Assembly (NCBI RefSeq): GCF_030144855.1
Contig: NC_082709.1
Location: 48,794,001 to 48,858,000 of the forward strand
Direction: 5' to 3'
DNA: 64,000 nt
Origin: Hypanus sabinus
Taxonomy: Eukaryota
A model generated the notes under the pieces. That model ran no database searches. It was not told the origin of the DNA and worked only from the letters and a program-made list of their open reading frames with translations. Positions within the stretch are counted from its first letter, which is position 1. Each line of letters starts with the position of its first letter. Made by a program: the position numbers and the translations under genes. Shown piece by piece: positions 59,701 to 64,000 of this stretch.

Positions 59701-60390
59701 TAAAATGCCAATGATTCTTATGTCAGTGATAATAAACCTGATTCTGATTCCGATTCTTTACCCAGTGCCTTCACAATCATGGATACAGCTCCGTCTGTCA
59801 AAAGCAATTGGACATTCATCCCTCACACCAGATCCACTCGTTTCCTGTGTCAACTTCATCTCTGTTGACTCCTTTAACAAATATCTACTGTCTCCAAACT
59901 TGGCTCAAAATGCCAGCAGCTAACTCTAGCATTCACATCAGCATAACATTTCAGAGAAAGAGCTTGTGTACAAGTGTAATTATTGCAAATGTCAGCCATT
60001 TCCTAGCAGTGTGTCAATTGGCTTGGAATACCTCAGTCACCAACAGCAACTTACAGGTGGGTAACTGCGACAGGACTTGACACAGTCATTGAATCCCATC
60101 CAGCGCTGGTAGTCAGGATACTCTCCCCTGCTCAGGACATACTGGTATCCCATGTAGTTGGGTTTCTCGTACAACACCCACCAGTCACTCTCAACACGGA
60201 TGGAGTTACAGCGGCTGAAGTAAGGGGAAAGGTCGGCACAGTCGGAGCTGCACTCATAATGCCGACCTTGGAAGTTCCTGTCCTCGTAGAAGATGATCTG
60301 TGGGAAGAAATAAATTGCTTAAATCAGACTGGGGACGAATGATGGTTACAATATAATTCACAAAATGAAAAGTGGTCTTGCCTTTCCCAT
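56788..60390 (-). CDS. Gamma-crystallin (gammaS-1-like), gene D; CDS exons 60382-60390, 60055-60297, 56788-57063; 175 aa
   Basis: [14 protein letters not shown]...YEKPNY...[22 protein letters not shown]...RRMRDF* (TAA stop). Intact. Confidence 0.95.
57822..58619. mobile_element. Non-autonomous hAT (Charlie-like) DNA transposon in intron 2 of gene D
   Basis: TIRs CAGGGGTGGGCAAACT / AGTTTGCCCATGCCTG. Perfect 8-bp TSD AGCTAGAG (57814-57821 / 58620-58627). Empty site at 25657-25664 in gene B. Confidence 0.92.
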
Positions 60391-60438
60391 TGTGGTGTAC
60401 GGTGAATAACCAACTGACTACATGGAACTGTAACTGGG

Positions 60439-60625
60439 TATTTATATACTGGACAGAAAGGCTTTTCCAGCAAGGCCTTTGTAATGTAAATGATGCAAAC
60501 CTGAGGTCAGCAGAAAAGAACATATGTCCCATGAATGCTGAAAAAGCACCTGAGGATACGAGATTTGTCAGTGATCCAGTGATTGTTTTTGTTTTACAGC
60601 AGGCAATTTAATTGTACAAAGCAGT
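60439..60625 (-). promoter_or_regulatory. Proximal promoter of gene D
   Basis: TATATAAATA at 60439-60448, TGCTGAC half-site, and TGCTGAAAAAGCA at 60536-60548. Confidence 0.65.
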
Positions 60626-61184
60626 AAATCAGCCTTTTTCATTCTATGCTAGGGATCATTCTAGAGTTGCAAAAAAATTCACAATACCCAGATATGTCGT
60701 AGAGTCACAGTCACAGATCAGAATATACATTCCGCATAAATCCATGGCAACCATCGACCACCCATGTACACTAATCCTAAATTAATCCCAGTATTTTCAT
60801 TCTCCCCACATTCTCATTGACTCCTCCTGGACTTTACCACTAATTTACACACCAGGGAGAATGTTGTGGCCAATTTATACACCAATCTGCGCATTTTATG
60901 ATGTAGGAGGCACCCAGTGGAATCCCATGAGAGAGCAGAGAGAAGGTGCAACACCCGAACTATTGAATCCAGCTCGCTGTAGGGCCCAGGAAATGGCGTT
61001 TGTTGTGGAAATGCTTGAACAAGAATTCTTTCAATATCCTGCTGCAAATACCAAGGTGGCTCGATAGTATAGCAGTTATCATAATACTGTACAGGGTTCA
61101 ATTCCCACGTTGTCTTTAAGTAGTTTATACTTTCTCCCATGCCCACGGTTTCCTCTCATATTCCGAAGACGTACAGGTAAGTAT

Positions 61185-61353
61185 GTTCCTGTCCTCGTAG
61201 AAGATGATCTGTGAGAGGAAATAAATTGCTAAAATCAGACTGGGGATGAATGATGGTTACAATTTAATTCACAAAATGAAAAGTGGTCTTGCCTTTCCCA
61301 TTGTGGTGTACGGTCGATAACCATCTGACTACATGGAACTGTAACTGGGTATT
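61185..61353 (-). pseudogene. Gamma-crystallin 5' fragment (5' UTR, exon 1, intron 1, first 8 codons of exon 2)
   Basis: ATG GGA AAG at 61293-61301, an 84-bp GC-AG intron, then IIFYEDRN at 61185-61208. TATA box truncated. Embedded in a SINE. Confidence 0.9.
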
Positions 61354-61794
61354 GCACTGGACTCATGACGACACACGGGCAGACCCCAGCACATCCTCAG
61401 ATTGTGTTGGTCATTGTCGCGTGTGATGCATTTCACCAAGTGTTTTGATGTTTTCATCAATGTCTGACAAATAAATCAGAAATACCCCTTCAACAACAGG
61501 AACTCTCAAATTCTCAAGATCTTTTTTAACCTCCTATTTTCCCTTTTTAGTGTCTTATAGCTTTATGCCCAATAAACTAGAGTATTCAGACAATCTACAC
61601 AGTCATTGGCGGAATGCACGAACTCCACACCTGAGTTCAGGATTGAACCTACGTCTCTGGAGTTGTGAAGAAGCAGTACTAACTGCGGCAGCACTCTGCC
61701 ATCCTGCTGTGGACTGAACCCTTTAAACACAGGGCCTCATTATGACATTGAGTATGGAAATTGATAGATTTATCCTCATGAAGAAGGAAGAGCA

Positions 61795-64000
61795 AGATCA
61801 TAGAACAATAAAATTTACAACATATTATGGACCCTTCAGTCCACAATGTTGTGCCAACCATGTAACCTACTCTAGAAAATGCCTAGAATTTCCCTATTTC
61901 TAAACTCCATATACTTATCTAAGTAGCTCTTAAAAGACCCTATTGTATCCACTTCCACTACTGCCACTGGCCCACCACTCCCTGTGTGAAAAACTTGCCC
62001 CTGACATTCCCTTGGTACCTATTTCCAAGCACCATAAAACTGTGCCCCCTCGTGTTAGCCTGGCTGGAAAAAAGCCTCTGGCTTTCCACACGATCAATGC
62101 CCCTCATCATTTTATACACCTCTATCCTCCGTCACTCCAAGGAGAAAAGGCCAAGTTAACTCAACTATTCTCATAAGGCATGCTCTCCAATCCAGGCAAC
62201 ATCCTTGTAACTCTTCTCTGCACTCTCTCTATAGTATTCACATCCTTCCTGTAGTGAGGTGACCAGAACTGAACACAGTACACCAAGTGGGGTCTGGCCA
62301 GGTTCATATATAGCTATAACATTACCTCACAGCTCTTGAACTCAATCCCATGGTTGATGAATGCCAACACATTGTACACCTTCTTAACAATACTGTCAAC
62401 CTGCACAGAAGCTTTGAGTCTCCTATCGACACAGACTCCAAGATCTCTCAGATCCTCCACACTGCCAAGAATTTTACTATTTATACTATATTGTGTCTTC
62501 AAATTTGACATACCAAAATGAACCACTTCACACTTATCTGGGTTGAAGTCCGTCTGCCAGCTCTCAGCCCAGTTCTGCATCCTACCGACATCCTGCTGTA
62601 ACCTCTGACAGCCCTCCACACTATCCACAATTCCACACCCCCCCACCTTGTGTCATCAATGAACTTACTAACCCATCCTTCAATTTCTTCATCCAGGTCA
62701 TTTATAAAACTCACAACTGGAGGGGTCCCAGAACAGATCCCTATGGAACACCACTGGTCTCTGTCCTCCATGCAGAATATGAATGATCTATAACCACACT
62801 TTGCCTACTGAGGGCAAGCCAACTCTGGATCCACAAAGCAATATCTCCCATCCCTATTGATGACTCAAGGTTTAATTGCAAGAGGCCCAGCAGTCTCCTC
62901 CCTCGCTTCCCACAGAAGCCTGGGTTAAATCTCATCTGGTCCCAGTGACTTATCTAACTTAATGCTTTTCAAAAGCTCCAGCACATCCTCTTTCTTAATA
63001 TCTTTATGCTCAAATGATTCAGTCCACTGAAAGTCATCCCTACTATTACCAAGGTCTTTTTCCCTGGTGAACACTGAAGCAAGGTATTCCTTAACTACCT
63101 CCGTTACCTTCTCCAGCTCGATGCACACATTTCCACTATCGCGCCTGATTGGTCCTATTCTCACATGGCCATCCTCTTGCTTTTCACATACTTGTAGAAC
63201 GCCTTGGGGTTTTCCTTAATCCTGTCCAACAAGGCCTTCTCCTAATTCCATTCTTCTTCTTTCTAGCAGCCTTGTAATTTTCTAGAGCTCTAAAAAAATA
63301 CCTAGTTTCTTGAAGATTTCATAAGTTTTTCTTCTTAACTAGATTTTCTGCATACTTTGTACACCATAGTTCTTTAACACTACCATCCTTTCCCTGCCTC
63401 AGTGAAACATGCAGAACTCCATGCAAGTGTTCCCTGAATATTTACCACATTTCTGCCATGCATTTCTCTGAGAGCGTTTGTTCCCAAGTTCCTACCTAAT
63501 AGCATCATATTTCCCTCTAACGCAATTAAATGTTTTCCCAAATTGTCTGTTCCAATCCCTCTCCAGCGCTAGTTGGAGGAGATAATTGTGGTCACTACCT
63601 CCAAAATGCTTTCCTACCAAGAGTTCTTGACACCTGACCAGGTTTATTTCCCAATACCTGATCAAGTACAGCCTCGCCTCTAGTTGGCTTATCTGCATAT
63701 TGTAACAGGAAACCTTCCTGAACACACTTAACAAGCTCCACCCCATCTAAACCTCTAGCACTAAGGAGATGCCAATCAAAATTAGGAAAGTTAAAATCTC
63801 CCATCACAACAACCCTAATTACTATTGCACCATTCCCTATCTGCTCCTCAATATCCTTGTTATTATTAGGGGGTCTATAAAAACACCTAGTAGAGTTATT
63901 GCCCCTTTCCTGTTTCTGACTTCCACCCAGACTGTCTCAGTAGACCATCCCGCCATGACTTTCTCTTTTCTGCAGCTGAGACACTATCCCTAATCAGCAA
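61795..64000 (-). mobile_element. Old degenerate CR1 LINE ORF2 and 3' UTR, running off the window
   Basis: Fragments MGDFNFPNFDW, GGSDHN, KSLGPD, SGVP, FNPDKCEVVHFG, with many frameshifts and deletions. TTCTATGATCT tail near 61795. Confidence 0.88.

Noticed and set aside
1-64000. CRISPR arrays, rRNA/tRNA genes or prokaryotic systems
   Set aside because: None seen; the window is intron-containing vertebrate DNA and the tRNA-like motifs are SINE heads or a retroelement PBS.

Overview
Vertebrate genomic DNA, inferred to be from a cartilaginous fish from the crystallin sequence and the repeat repertoire. It holds part of a tandem gamma-crystallin cluster on the minus strand. There are four intact three-exon genes (A 5601-8219, B 21663-26812, C 40476-45624, D 56788-60390), each encoding 175 aa with a GC-AG first intron. 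There are also three orphan exon-3 pseudogenes and a 169-bp promoterless copy of exon 1-intron 1. The cluster is built from ~16-19 kb repeat units. About 9.5-28.3 kb and 28.3-47.1 kb are near-identical (period ~18,812 bp), which is either a recent unequal crossover or a haplotype false duplication. Layered on top are: a Mag-type Gypsy LTR element (two copies plus solo LTRs) nested in the LTR of a CsRN1-type Gypsy element, CR1 LINEs, a hAT MITE, SINEs and a small hairpin element carrying a decayed hammerhead-ribozyme motif. The most unusual signal is in the Mag-type element. It has no tRNA primer-binding site; its 26-nt leader is instead a 16-nt reverse complement of the LTR poly(A)-signal region, suggesting self-priming and/or masking of the 5' poly(A) site. 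All comparisons were made by eye.
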